From Balamuthia mandrillaris (taxonomy: Eukaryota), in assembly GCA_031835245.2 (NCBI GenBank), contig JAVKOQ020000008.1, forward strand, positions 186,001 to 250,000: DNA of 64,000 nucleotides, read 5' to 3'. Of this stretch, positions 1 to 12,234 are shown piece by piece. The stretch's first letter is position 1; the number at the start of each line of letters is the position of its first letter. The notes under the pieces were generated by a model. It was not told the origin of the DNA. It saw only the letters and a list, made by a program, of their open reading frames with translations, and did not search any database. Both the position numbers and the translations under genes were made by a program.

Positions 1-207
1 TTCATCTCCATCCGGCACTAACAGTGCCAGCACTTCTGGCCAAACAACCACGAAAACTGCAACATCGACGACGTCAACAGAAAGAAAGAGCGCACAGGTT
101 GCTGTGCCGGAAAAGCAACGCTTTGCGGTGTTGTTTCCAGAGTGGTTGTTCACGGCTCAGAACCGGGTGTTGCCTGATGCATGGCTAGACCAAACCGTTT
201 TAGGTTA

Positions 208-250
<43 letters not shown>

Positions 251-1522
251 ACGTAGACTCTCTTTTTGACCTCTTGCGTTTTCTTTAAAAAAAAAAAGCT
301 TCCGCAAGATTTAGAGATTCGTTGATGCTGCGGCTAGAACTACAACGACTAGAAGTAGTGCTTGAATCCATCATAGACCGCTCCCTCGCATCTTACCCTG
401 AGGGCAACAGTAGTGGCATAGATGCCAGTGCTCTTCCTCGTCCTCATGCAACTCCACTCACCTATCGAATGTACGAAGTGTGGCAGCAGCTGGACTTTGA
501 CCACATCAACAGCGACATAATCCTCTTCGTCACCTACTGTGGCCACAATGCTGTGCGCTTGCCGTCGATCCAGGAAGACGTGGGCGGGTTGCTTTACCGG
601 CGAGAATCTCTACACGTATGGACAACCTGGCTGCGCAACATGTTCTTCTCGGCGACATCCTCTGGTTCTCTTGCTGAGGGCTACATCTTTGCGCAACAAT
701 GGGAGCGCTACTCTTCCTGCATTTGGCGAGAGCTTATGCGAGTCTGTTCTTCATCCCCGTCATCTTCTTCCTCATCATCATCGTACCAACAGCAGCACCA
801 AGACAACCAGTTGGTTTTGACAGCGTTTCGTTGCTTTTTGGATTGGATGAAAGCAGTATTGCAACGGTATAACGAGGATCGCAGTGGATCAGAGTCGGTG
901 AGAGCCGCAATGATAGTTAGGGAGGCGACAACGACAGCAGCAACAACAGGAAATGATGATCAGAGCTACGACGAGGGATTCTCGGAGCGGCAGTGGTTAT
1001 CATCTTCATCCTCCTCCTTACCCTCCATATGTGACCAGTACAAGAGATAGTAGCGGGAGTGGAAGAGGACCGATGGTAGCCATGAGCGAGCCTTCATCTC
1101 CGCACCACGGTCATTTTTATCCTCCTCCACCTTCTCATTATTTTCCTCCTCCTTCCCAGTCATGGCCGCCTTCATCATCCGTCCCATCACCATCTGCTGA
1201 ACATTATCAACACCAACCACCAAAGCAACCTTCTTTGCCTCCCTCTTCAGAGCGGCATTATCCTCCTCACCCTCATCAACAACATTATCCACCACATCGT
1301 TTACCTCCACCTTCACAACAAGAGGACATATCCTCTCCCTCTTCTGCCTTACATAGCCGACAACCTCCCTCGCGATATCCTCCACAACAACAACCCCTTC
1401 CACCACTGCCACAACAACACTTTTCAACGCCTTCGTCTTCTTCTTATGCTCTTCCTCCACCTCCTCAAAAACGCCAACAACAACAGTCTCGCCCTCTGTC
1501 AAAGACAGCCTCATCTCCTTGA
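1..1522 (+). CDS. RFX-family transcription factor, 3' part (B/C/dimerisation-like domains plus Pro-rich tail); 5' end lies outside the window
   Basis: The open frame 2-203 (..RFAVLFPEWL..) splices GT204..AG298 into ASARFRDSLMLRLELQRL..MYEVWQQLDFDHINSD..QWERYSSCIWRELMR. This resembles recalled RFX segments (FAKSLESWL, MLSDLNRVDF, WSFYSSMVIRDLTL). The frame changes near 900-1050 before the Pro-rich ORF 953-1522, so the 3' end is uncertain (1050 or 1522). Confidence 0.55.
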
Positions 1523-1758
1523 TACTAATGACGAAACACACAAACGTCTCTCCCTCACTCTTCTCTGTTGTACTTTTTTTTTTGTTTATTTTCTTTGTGA
1601 ATCAGCTGTATGAAAGTGAACAATTCTTTTTTTTTAAGTGCAGAACTTCAACAAAAAATAAAAATAAGAAAACCATAAACTTCATCCAACCCTGAGACCC
1701 TCTCGTTCGTTTGTTATGTACGACGAGGACGATTGCGCAGCTCTTTCCTATCGTCCAA

Positions 1759-2394
1759 CTACTGCTCTGCGTCCTCCAGGGCATCGCCTTCCTCGATGGC
1801 CTTGACCGTGGCTTCGAGCCCTTGTACCCTTTGCTCCAGCTTACGATTCGATTCCAGGATAGCCATGACCTGATGAGCGTCAAGCGTGATTGTTGTGGCG
1901 CTTTTCCTGCCGGTGGGAAAAGGAGCTTTCCTCTTCTTCTTGGAATGATTCTTGGGAGGAGACCGCAGAATGCCCTTTTCTGGACGCGCCGAAAGAGGGG
2001 GAGGGGAGTGGCGGGCGGCGACCGGAGAGGTTACGTCAAGCTCTTCTCGGGCCCCGTTCTCGGCCTCTGGAAATGGGAGGTCCAGAAAGCGGACAGCCGA
2101 CCTTCTGCCCTTTTTGTGGCGGCGTTTGGCTGTAGAGGATTTTGGTGGGGTCAGAGCTTTACTGGAGGCCTCCGTGGCGGTGACAGAATCCGGCTTGTCG
2201 GTGTCCAGATGGGGAGGAGTGAGGGGCAACAGGTTTAAGCTCTTCCTTTTCTGGCTGCGGCGATGTGATGATGTTTCTTCGGCAGCATCGGCCAGCGAGT
2301 CTCGAACGATTGCGAACTCGTCCTTTATTCTCTCCCGTTTGGGCAAGGTGTCACCATAGCTTTTTCTTCGTTTTGGGGACAACAGCTTCAACAT
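1759..2394 (-). CDS. Hypothetical basic protein with C-terminal coiled coil
   Basis: Intronless 211-aa ORF from ATG 2394 with K/R clusters and a heptad-like C-terminus (ILESNRKLEQRVQGLEATVKAIEE). Confidence 0.6.
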   Translation of the reverse strand: MLKLLSPKRRKSYGDTLPKRERIKDEFAIVRDSLADAAEETSSHRRSQKRKSLNLLPLTPPHLDTDKPDSVTATEASSKALTPPKSSTAKRRHKKGRRSAVRFLDLPFPEAENGAREELDVTSPVAARHSPPPLSARPEKGILRSPPKNHSKKKRKAPFPTGRKSATTITLDAHQVMAILESNRKLEQRVQGLEATVKAIEEGDALEDAEQ

Positions 2395-2889
2395 TGTTTG
2401 TGTCAAAACGATTGTGTGTTGCTGAAGGGCAAAATATAAAATATTTTAAACCAGAAGGAGCGAGAAGCAGTGGTTTTTTGTTGTTGAGTGAAAGGACGCT
2501 GGCGATAAAAAATAAAATTAAAAAAATGAAAGCAAAAGCAAGAAAGAATGAAGAAACGGAGATATCGGATGGAACGGCAACTCCGCAAGGCAACGGTTAA
2601 ACTTCCCGCCATTTTTCTGTAACGGGCAGTGTCGACAATAATTTATCTCCCTCTCTCCTCTCCTGGTGCATATCCTCTCTCCTCTCCTTGCTCAGGTCCT
2701 CTCTCAAGTCTTCGCTCTTCTCTCTCTCTCTTCTCTCTCTCTCTCTCTCTCTCTTGTTCTCTTTGCTCACTTATGGTCTCTCTTTCCGTCTAACGATGAA
2801 GATTGTCTATTCACAAAACTAATGCACAAAGGAATGAATGAATACAGCCGCAGCAGCAGCAGCAGCAGCAGCAGCAATAACAAGGCCGA

Positions 2890-5726
2890 CTATACTTCTT
2901 CGGAAGCATACGCATCTGTCCCCTGAATGGAAAGGAACAAGGGCTCGGCAGTTACTATGATTGCCGTTGCTTCTCTTGTTGTCGGCGGACTTTTTGTGTC
3001 CTTTGTTGTTGTTGGTCGAGGGATTTGTTGTTTACCGCTGGCCCACATCCCCCAAACCACCATGCCCGCCGCGTAAAAGCCGGCCGCTATGTAAAACACG
3101 ATTCGCCATCGGCTCACATCGGCCGTCTCCTTTTCGCCCAGGATCAATCCCGTTATCGTTGGAGAGAGGATGCCCGGTACTGTGGCCGCTGAGAGAGAAG
3201 GACGCATGAGTACTAAACAGTACAGAATATAAAAGGAGACAGTCTCCTGGGGAAGCCATGAAGGAGAAAAAACCCAAGAAGAACAACAGGAAGAGAGAAG
3301 TTAGTTACCCGTGTTGGTGATGCCACCCAAAACGCCAGCATAGTTTGGTGCGATGTCCAAGTTATTCACCTACAGAAAAATGAGTTGTTTTGTTTCGCAA
3401 CGAAAGATGAACTAGAAGTTATCTTACACTGGAGCCAGCAGCATTGATACCAATAGCCCCCACTGAAATGGTCATTAACGTCAACACAACAGGGAATGAT
3501 TCGCTGAAGCCACAGGCCACCAACGTTGCAGCTGTATTGTTACCAAAATTGAGTTGGAAGAAATAAGAACGAAGAGAAGTAGTTGCAGAAGAAGAAGCAG
3601 AAAGTAACCTGAGATTGTACTTGCAATCGTAAGGCTGAGTTTTCGAACAGCTGTTACGCTCAGCCACCCGCCTTTGTTGGGATTGATTTTTAGTGTTGTG
3701 TCGTCCAAGAGAATGGAGACTGAAAAGAAGGGAATAGAGGAGCAAAGGGAAACAGAAAATGGAAGAAGAAGAAGAAGAAGAAGAACAAGAACAAGAAGAA
3801 GAACAAGAAGAAGAACAAGAAGAAGAACAAGAAGAAGAAGAAGAAGAAGAAGAACAAGAACAAGAAGAACAAGAACAAGAAGAAGAAGAAGAAGAAGAAG
3901 AACAAGAACAAGAACAAGAACAAGAACAAGAAGAACAAGAAGAAGAACAAGAAGAAGAAGAGGGAAGAGGAAAGAATCACGTTGGAGAATTTTATCTGCA
4001 AGAATTCCAGTGGCCACACTGACAATGGTTTGCGCCATGTTTGGAGCGATTGTCAAGAAACCAGTTGTTCGAACAGAAGTCCCAAGCACGTTCTCGAAAT
4101 AAGTCGGCAGCCACGTCAATAACGTATAAAAAGACTGAATATTTTCTTTAGTCTAATCCCCAAGAAAGAACGAAACTACAAAAAAGAAACGACAAGAACG
4201 AAAAGACGACAAGAAAGAAAAAACTAAGGGTGAAGTACCCAAGCATTTGCGACGGAGGTAAGAAAGCCGGCCCAGTATGCACGACACGTGAAGATGTCTT
4301 TCCAAGGGACATCCATCAAGCTCATGCTCTTCTCACGTGGAGGAAGCTCTGCACTAAGATACTCTCGTTCCTAAGAGGATCAAGAAAAAAACAACATAAA
4401 TGGACAGGAACGACAGAAGGAGAGATAGAAAACAGAGTGAGGGAACCTCAATCGAAATAGTGGGGTGTAATGTGGGCGTGCTGGAAATAAAATAAAGCCA
4501 CGCAGGGACCCATAACAGTCCAATACCTCCAAAGAGATAAAAGATGGAAGGCCAACCGCCTAAAAAATCTGTATCTGCCAACAAGCCACCGCCTCCAATC
4601 GCCAAGCAAGTTCCTTTGGCGCAGAACAGACATCAACGAAGAGTCAACAGAAATTATGACACAACTTGCAAAGGGCGAAGAACAAAAAGCTTGTTGCATA
4701 AGCATAGAAGCAGGATAACAAGAAAAGATAACATAACATAAGGCAGAAGAAATAAAGGAAAAAGAAAGGCAGACAGAGAACAGAAACAAACCAATAGGGA
4801 CTCCAGCATAAGTCATGGAAGTCATGATGGCTCGTTCTTTTGGCGGAGCCCAAACTCCAAAGATGGCTTGGAGAGAGGGAAACGTTATGCCCTGAGCAAA
4901 CCCGGCCAACACTCGCATGACTACCAACAAGTACCACGACAGTCGCGCCGCTTCGGGAGTGAGTATGGTTATAGTTGCAGTGGCGAACAAACCAAAGGCA
5001 AGAACATGTTTTGCTCCAAAGCGAGAAGCTAGATAACCTCCTGGAAACTTTTTTTTAAAAAAAATATTGTTGTTAGTGGAACGGCAAGAGAAACTCTCCC
5101 AGGGAGAACGGAAGAAACGAAAAGGAAGAAGGAGAACAACAAGACGAAACGAATAACTACGAAGAACAGAAGAAAATGAAGAAGAACAAGAAGAAGGACA
5201 GGACGAAGAAGAAGGAGGAGAAGAACAAGAACAAAAACAAGAAGAACAAGAAGAAGAACAAGAAGAACAAGGACAAGGACAAGAACAAGAACAACCCCAA
5301 CTACCACCACATGGTAATTACCTGCGTGAGGATGTATCCCGCAAAAAAGGAGGACAGGATGATGCCCTTCTGCGAGGACTTCCATTCAAACTCCTCGCTC
5401 ATGGGCAAAATGGCAACGCTCAACAACGTTCGGATCGCTTGGGTCGTTTTTTCATTTGAAAGTGAGGAAGAGCGGAAAATAAAAATACAAAAAAAAAACA
5501 TACCATAAGCATTCAGGCAAGCAAAGAAACCCAAAGAGACCAGAATGTAGCGCCGTGGGAAGTAGAAACAACAGCGTGAAGCAGGAGAAGCGACAGAGGA
5601 GGAGGATACAGGCTTGAGCAAAGGGAGCTGCTCCTCGTAGGCAGAGAGGCTGGAGGGCTCCTCCCCCTCCGAGAGGCCATTGAGGGAGTGCATGGAGTGA
5701 GCGAGCACGCGTCGTCGGTCCGTCAT
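2890..5726 (-). CDS. SLC17/sialin-like anion:cation symporter (MFS), multi-exon
   Basis: Exons join through canonical GT-AG into motifs GIILSSFFAGYILTQFPGGYLASRFG, WAPPKER, GWPSIFY, FYTLLTWLPTY, NNLDIAPNYAGVLGGITNT and WRIVFYIAA. Confidence 0.9.
3762..3962. repeat. Intronic (GAA)/(GAACAA) microsatellite
   Basis: About 200 bp of GAA/CAA triplets inside an SLC17 intron; reads TTC/TTG on the sense strand. Confidence 0.95.
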
Positions 5727-6550
5727 GATATTTTTTTTAAAATTTGGTTAAAACCTTTGGAGTTTTACATACAAAAAAAAAAAAAAAAAAAAAAACAGGA
5801 TAACAAGGAACAGAGAGATGGAAAATAGAATGGGAATGAGGGGAATGAAAGGAAGAAGAAGAAGAGGGAAACGTTGAATGCTTTTTTCTTTCTTTGTTGA
5901 AATGGTTTTAAGGTGGATTTTAAGGCGTTTCACCATATTTGGGAATAGCATAATTAATTACTCTTTGATTCTTCACCAATCAGAAAATTTTGCGATCTCC
6001 TTTGGAATCAAACGACCAATGGGGTGGGGAGCGGCCTGCTGCTGTCACCTGGGCAGCAAGTAGTGAGACTATTGAGGTGGGAACAACACACACAACCCTC
6101 TCCATCCATCTCGTTCCTTGTTGGCGTTTTTTTTTTTTGCAGAGCTATCGCACTACATCAACGCTTGCTTTGAGGTGTTTCCAACAATGGTAGAAGGTAG
6201 AAAGGATGGCGGAAGTATGCACACATTCACCAAAAAAAACACACACACAAATCGCCTACTTCCATACGTGCATTGATGACAACCAAACCACGAACGCCAT
6301 GAAACTGCTCTAAGAATAATGAAAACTGTTTCAGACGTTTTTTCTTTGTGTGGACCGAATTAATTTTTGTCGACAAATATCACTCAATCTACTGGGTGAT
6401 AGATCACCCAACCAAAAATCAAAAACGGCGAGGATGACATCACCCGATATGTTCAAGTTTCCGATCCAAAAAATTAAATTTTTTTGAATGAAAATTTTTT
6501 GTTTAAAAAAAAAAAGAAAACAAAAATAAAAATAAAAAAGAAAAGAAAAA

Positions 6551-6900
6551 ATGGGTATGGGCACCTCTCGGACTCGCCGTGGAGGGGGTGCCTCCCTTGC
6601 GGACGGAGCGGAAACGCCTCCCATCACACCAGAAACCGCTCGACGCCAGGGAGGCACGGGCACCAACCGCGGCCAACGCAGCGCCACCTCCTCCTCCCCT
6701 CCTCTCAACAAACGTGGCGGCGGCGGCGGCGGCGGCGCTGCTCCATCTCCATCCACACACTCCTCCTCTGCTTCTTCTTATGCTGGTGGCGGTCGACATG
6801 GAAAGACGCGAATAGGACGGTCTCAACCGACGGACATTGCGGCGGGCGGCAACTCCATCATCATGCCGTTCTCCCCTAGCTCTGGCATCAACATGGCAGG

Positions 6901-6944
<44 letters not shown>

Positions 6945-8381
6945 TTTTTTTTCGAATGATTATTTTTTTATTCCTTCAAAGAAAAACTGTCATTTGAAGC
7001 TCTCTCCTCTGCTTTCCATCTGTTCTCCTCGTATTCGCTCTCTTGTTGCCTTGATCTTTCCAAAAAAATTATTCTTGCTGTTTTGCTCTCCCTTTTGCTA
7101 TCGTGTTTGTCGTGTTCTCTGTTCTCTGTTTCATCGCTGGCTGTTGTTCTTCATATGCTCGCCTCGCTATTATCCAAGTTTCACGCGTTCACCTCTCCTC
7201 CGCCACCGCCACTTTCCCCGCCTTCCCTTCCTCTGCCTCCGCTCTCCTCTCCTTCTCCTCTGTCCCTTTTTTCCTCTCTTCTATTTCCTCCTGCCCCTTC
7301 GTCTCTTTCACCAAAACACCAAGCACAACTCTCTCTTGCTCTTTCTGCTTCTCCTCCTCCTTCTCCTCCTGCTGCTATTCTAACTGGAAAGCCTCACCCA
7401 GTCTCTCCCTCCAAACGAGTGCCAACGGGCACTGAACGGATACCCACCGTCATCACTTGGGCTAGTGGCGGCAAGCAGGTCGCTGTCACCGGCACTTGGA
7501 ATAATTGGAAAGGTTTGTTTTTTGCTTTGTTGTCTCTCTCGCTCTTGTTTCCCTTTGCTCTGTTCCCCTCTTTTCGGCTTCTGTTCTCTGCTCCGTCATA
7601 ACTCTACTTTGAGCCACCTCTTCTCCTCTAGCTCTCCTCTCAAATGTAGCATCACTATGCTCTCTTCTTTCTCTAATTGTTTTTTTTTCTCAACGACCAC
7701 AAAAACAAATATAAACAGAGGCTATCCCGCTAAACAAAAGCGAACATGACTTCGCAACAATCCTGGAGTTGCCTCCCGGCGTCCACCAATACAAATTCTT
7801 GGTAGACGGTAAATGGAAGCACGCTCCCGACCAACCCGTCGCCGTTGACACGAGAGGCAACCTGACCAACTGCATGGAGGTCAAAGAGTTTCGGTTGGAA
7901 CCCATTTTTCTGGGCAAGGGTTCCCCACCTGGCTCTTACTCTACTGCCATTCCTCCGGAGATACTTACTCCTCGACCAGTAAAAGAGGGAGAAGGGGAGG
8001 ATGATGAGGATGATGAAGAAGAAACTAAAAAGAAGAAAGAGAGAGAAGAGAACGGACGGAGCAATAATTTGCGGACGGTGGAAGAGGATGAGGAGTTTCA
8101 GTTGTTGGGAATGGCGTTGTCAGCATGGTCGGACATCGAAATGGGAGAAAACTTTCCTTACTCTACAGACAAGGAAGACGAGAATGAGGAAGATGGGGAG
8201 AGAAACCGAAACAGAAAAGAAAAAGACAGCGAAAATGAAACGAGCGAAGAGGAGGAAGGAGATGAAGAGGACAACGAACGGGAGGGACGAAGGAAGAAGG
8301 GGGCGAACACCAAAAACACACCTCCCACTTATCCGATTTTGAAAGAGCCTCCCACCTTACCTCCACATTTGCTCAAGTATG

Positions 8382-8433
<52 letters not shown>

Positions 8434-8841
8434 TCCATGTTCTTCTGAGATACTGCCAACCTACTCTTTCTGCACTCTTCATCATTTTTTATTTTTCTTT
8501 CAATTTTTTTTCTCACTTTGCTAACACCAATACACAAATGAAGAGCGGTGCTGAACCATCAAATGGAAGAAGATCCGACGGTGCTTCCATTGCCTCATCA
8601 CGTCATGCTGAACCATCTCTACTTCAAGGAATACGACTCGGAGGATGAGGACATGGATGATGCTTGCGTGGTCGGCACCACCTATCGCTACCGCCAAAAG
8701 TTTGTGACGACGGTTTTCTACCGACCTGCCACCCTGAGGCCACGTGCCGCAAAGAATTCACCACCTACACCAGCAGCCACTAAAGAAGGCGAGCCCACCG
8801 CGACGAACGCAACACAACAACAATCCGTTCAAGCGGTGTAA
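6551..8841 (+). CDS. AMP-activated protein kinase / SNF1 beta subunit
   Basis: N-terminal MG (myristoylation-type start), CBM48 (PTVITW..GGKQVAVTGTWNNW..LPPGVHQYKFLVDGKW) and ASC domain (EPPTLPPHL..LPLPHHVMLNHLY..TYRYRQKFVTTVFYRP). An acidic insert lies between the domains. Confidence 0.93.
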
Positions 8842-9012
8842 AAAGCAAACCCGAAACGACGTTTTGACCTTTTTTTGGAAATTTTAATTTAATTTATCAA
8901 ACACACGTAACGTTTTACCATTCTTTGCATAAACACACGTCACTTCGGTAAATGGACTGTCCACATAAAGTTTTGTCGACATAAATCGTTGCACAAAAAA
9001 AAAATAGAAAAG

Positions 9013-11169
9013 ATGGAAGAAGAGACGGAGGTAACGCTGCAGCATTCCTCGCTAACGCCAGGCATGAAGGACTATGCCATTGCGTTGTTGCCCTCCCTCA
9101 CGATGGTTTGCTTCGTGGTGCATGGGCTGTGGCGACTGTGGCTTCGAAGAAGAAGACAAAAAGCAGCTGGTGGTGGCCCCAGCATCTCCACGAGGGAGTG
9201 GCTTTGGATCAGCTTTTTGGCCTTGTGGGTGTGTTACTGGCTGTCCTACCTGCTATGGCATGGCTTTTGGGCTTGTCAAGGTTTTTTCTTCTCCACCCTT
9301 TTTTTTTTTCTGTTTCTATTCATTTTGTATTTTTTTAAAATTTTATTTTTTTGTTTATTTTATTTTATTTTATTTTATTTTATTTTATTTTTAGTTTTTT
9401 TATTTCTGTTTTTAGTTTATTTTTTTATTTTGTAACATTTTTGTACAATAATATTTGTGACAGAGAGGGCAGAACAAATAAAAGCAGGAGTGGCAGGGGC
9501 AGCATTCAAGAAGCTGAAGCCATTACCAGCCAAAGGAGAGTATGCCTTTTGGCCGGAACGGCTGTGGTTCTCTGATACCGGGCGACCTGTTGTACCGTAT
9601 TCTCCTCATCATGCCATCTTGTTCTTGTTCTTGTTCTTGTTCTTGTTCTTGTTCTTGTTCTTGTTCTTGTTCTTGTTCTTGTTCTTCTTCTTCTTCTTCT
9701 TCTTCTTCTTGTTCTTCTTCTTGTTCTTCTTCTTCTTCTTCTTCTTCTTCTTCTTCTTCATGTTAATCTCTTCTTCTTTTGTGATAGGACTATACGGACT
9801 TTCAATGGCGTAAATGGCGGTCCCACTTGTCCATCATCATTTTGGGAGGCACTCTCATGGTCCTTGTTTCTCGGTTTCTTCAATGGGCCTTCCAGGTTTC
9901 TCCACATTTCCTTGTTATTATTTCTCTTCGCTTTGCTTGTCCATTTTTTCGCGCTTAAAACTGAGCAATTGTTGTGTGTTGCAGGAATCAACAACAATTC
10001 AACCCGCCATCAACGCAAAACGATCCATCACCACAAAGATGACTACATTCGGCCTCTCGCTTCGTCTCTTGTTCTACTCCATTGTTGGCATCGGGCTCAT
10101 AGGTTACCTCCATGGAATGGGTGGTTTATTTCGGTTGAGCGTTATAGTGGCCGTGAACTATGCTATAGCTAAATGGGGAGGAGCCTCGCTATGGAATCCT
10201 GTGCTGACATGGAGTTGGAATGTGATTGTTTTGGTCTCATGCGACTATTATGATGGCTATCGTTTGGCGCCTTTGTTGGGACCTTCTTTTGCTTGGCTGG
10301 TTGGCTTCTTCTTCCTCCTCATCATCATCTCCTGTCTTTCTTTGTCACTCAAAAAAACAAAACAAAAGGATAAGGATACAGGAGTAATACGATGGGCCAT
10401 TTACTTCAACATGGCAATGACTCGTTTGATTTCCTTCAATTTAGATTACTATTGGATGTTGCGACGTAAGCCATGCGTTACACCAAAGGTTTTATTTCTC
10501 TGTTTGGTCATCCTTTCTTTTTTGTTTCATTCTCTTAAAAACACTCTGTAGAAATCGGATCTTGCTATCAGAGAAGTAACACATTGTCCTGCTGAGAGTT
10601 ATAACCCGCTATCGTATTGGGCTTACTTTTCCTATGCACCACTCTATCTAGCTGGGCCTGTACTCTCCTTCAATGCTTGGTATTCTCAGGTTCGTGCTTC
10701 ATTCATTTTCTCCTTCTCCATTCTTCATTCTTCACCCTGCTTCGCATACTAACAAAAATACACGGGAAAAAAGATTGTACAACCACAAACTACTTATTCT
10801 TTAAAACAAATATCGAGTTTAGCCATACGAACAGCGATTGAGACTCTCGCTTTGTCGATATGTACAGGCTACTTCTATTATTGGTACATCAACGATACTT
10901 TGCAAGTGTGGAGTCAGCAGCTGAGGCCGTGGGAGCTGGTGGCTACCGCTGTTTGTGTGCTGGTCTACATGTATGTCAAATTTTTGGTCATTTGGAGGAC
11001 GACTCGATGTTGGGCTCTATTCGATGGTTTGTTTTGTTTCTCTTGTTTGTTCTCTGTTCATGTATTCAACGACAAAGTATCAGGAGTGGATACTGTTGAT
11101 AATATGGTCACTTGTGTATATAACAACTGTAGCATTGCTGGCTTTTGGAAGTAACACCATCTCTCTCTC

Positions 11170-11206
<37 letters not shown>

Positions 11207-11642
11207 ACCTGATTTGGTAATCCTGTTACAAAATAGGCACTGGCACGCAAGCTTACACGCTTGGATCATTCGGTTAGTTCTACTTCTTCTCTGTCTGTTA
11301 TCTTTCTCCTCTCCCTTGTTTCTTCTCACTCTGCTCCCTACATGTCGCTTATTGTCCCACATAGATACATGTACATACCACTAGGAGGACGGAAAACGCA
11401 GCTGTATTCAATGTGGCTCATCTTTTTCTTTATTGGCATTTGGCATGACCTTATGTTAGTACTTCCCGTCAATCTCCGTACTAAATATGACTTTCATCAT
11501 TACTAACGCGGGTTCTCTCTGGCATTTCTACAAAGGTGGCGTTGGATGGCATGGGCTCTGTTCAATTGCTTATTCTTCTCTGTAGAAGCAGCTACTGCAT
11601 TATTACTTGATTCTCCGCAGGTTTAACTTTCTTTCGTTTTCT

Positions 11643-11689
<47 letters not shown>

Positions 11690-12191
11690 CTCTCTCTCTT
11701 TCTCTCTCTCTCGTCTCCCTCTCTATTTTGCGCTCTCTCTATCCTTCCTTCGTCCCTCTCTCACTACTTGTACTCTTTTTTAAACTGACCTGTATTACAG
11801 TGGCGGTGGATCAAAATAACAACGTTGTACGATCCTTTCCTTCGAGGATTTGGTTATGTGTTCAGCATTCTTGGGCTCTTTGTAATTAACCTTGCAATCA
11901 TGCATGGTTTTGCAAACTCTAAACTCTTTCTGGAGCGACTGTGCTTGCAACCTGACTGTATTTTTCTCTTTCCTCCTCTCTTTTCTGTAGTTCTCTGTCT
12001 GACTTTAAACCCAAACAACAGCGGGACCGGTGGTGCTACTCATCCTCATCACAGTATTCATGTGGGGACATCTCAATTCGAAACTAGACACAACGACGAC
12101 AAAAGAGTCTCAACAAGAGAGCAAACAAAACACTTCACCCGCCATGCACAGCTGGAAGAGAGATGATGCAATAACAACCAAACATCTTTGA
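9013..12191 (+). CDS. MBOAT O-acyltransferase, GUP1/HHAT-like, multi-exon
   Basis: RLISFNLDYYW, YAPLYLAGPVLSFN, FWKHWHASLHAWIIRYMYIPLGG and GIWHD (catalytic His) across spliced exons; many TM segments. Confidence 0.88.
9617..9760. repeat. Intronic (TTCTTG)/(TTC) microsatellite
   Basis: Visible tandem repeat inside an MBOAT intron. Confidence 0.95.
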
Positions 12192-12234
12192 CTCTTCTCT
12201 TCAATGTTTGGACTTAGATTCTTTATGTTTAGTG

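Noticed and set aside
3481..4119. Poly-L/R/F/E ORFs here and at 5029-5508, 9457-9813 and 52246-52516
   Set aside because: Translations of intronic microsatellites.
6265..6340. Possible C/D snoRNA (TGATGA..TAATGAAAAC..CAGA) with a 10-nt complement to SSU rRNA GTTTTCATTA
   Set aside because: No proper box D next to the guide and no convincing terminal stem.
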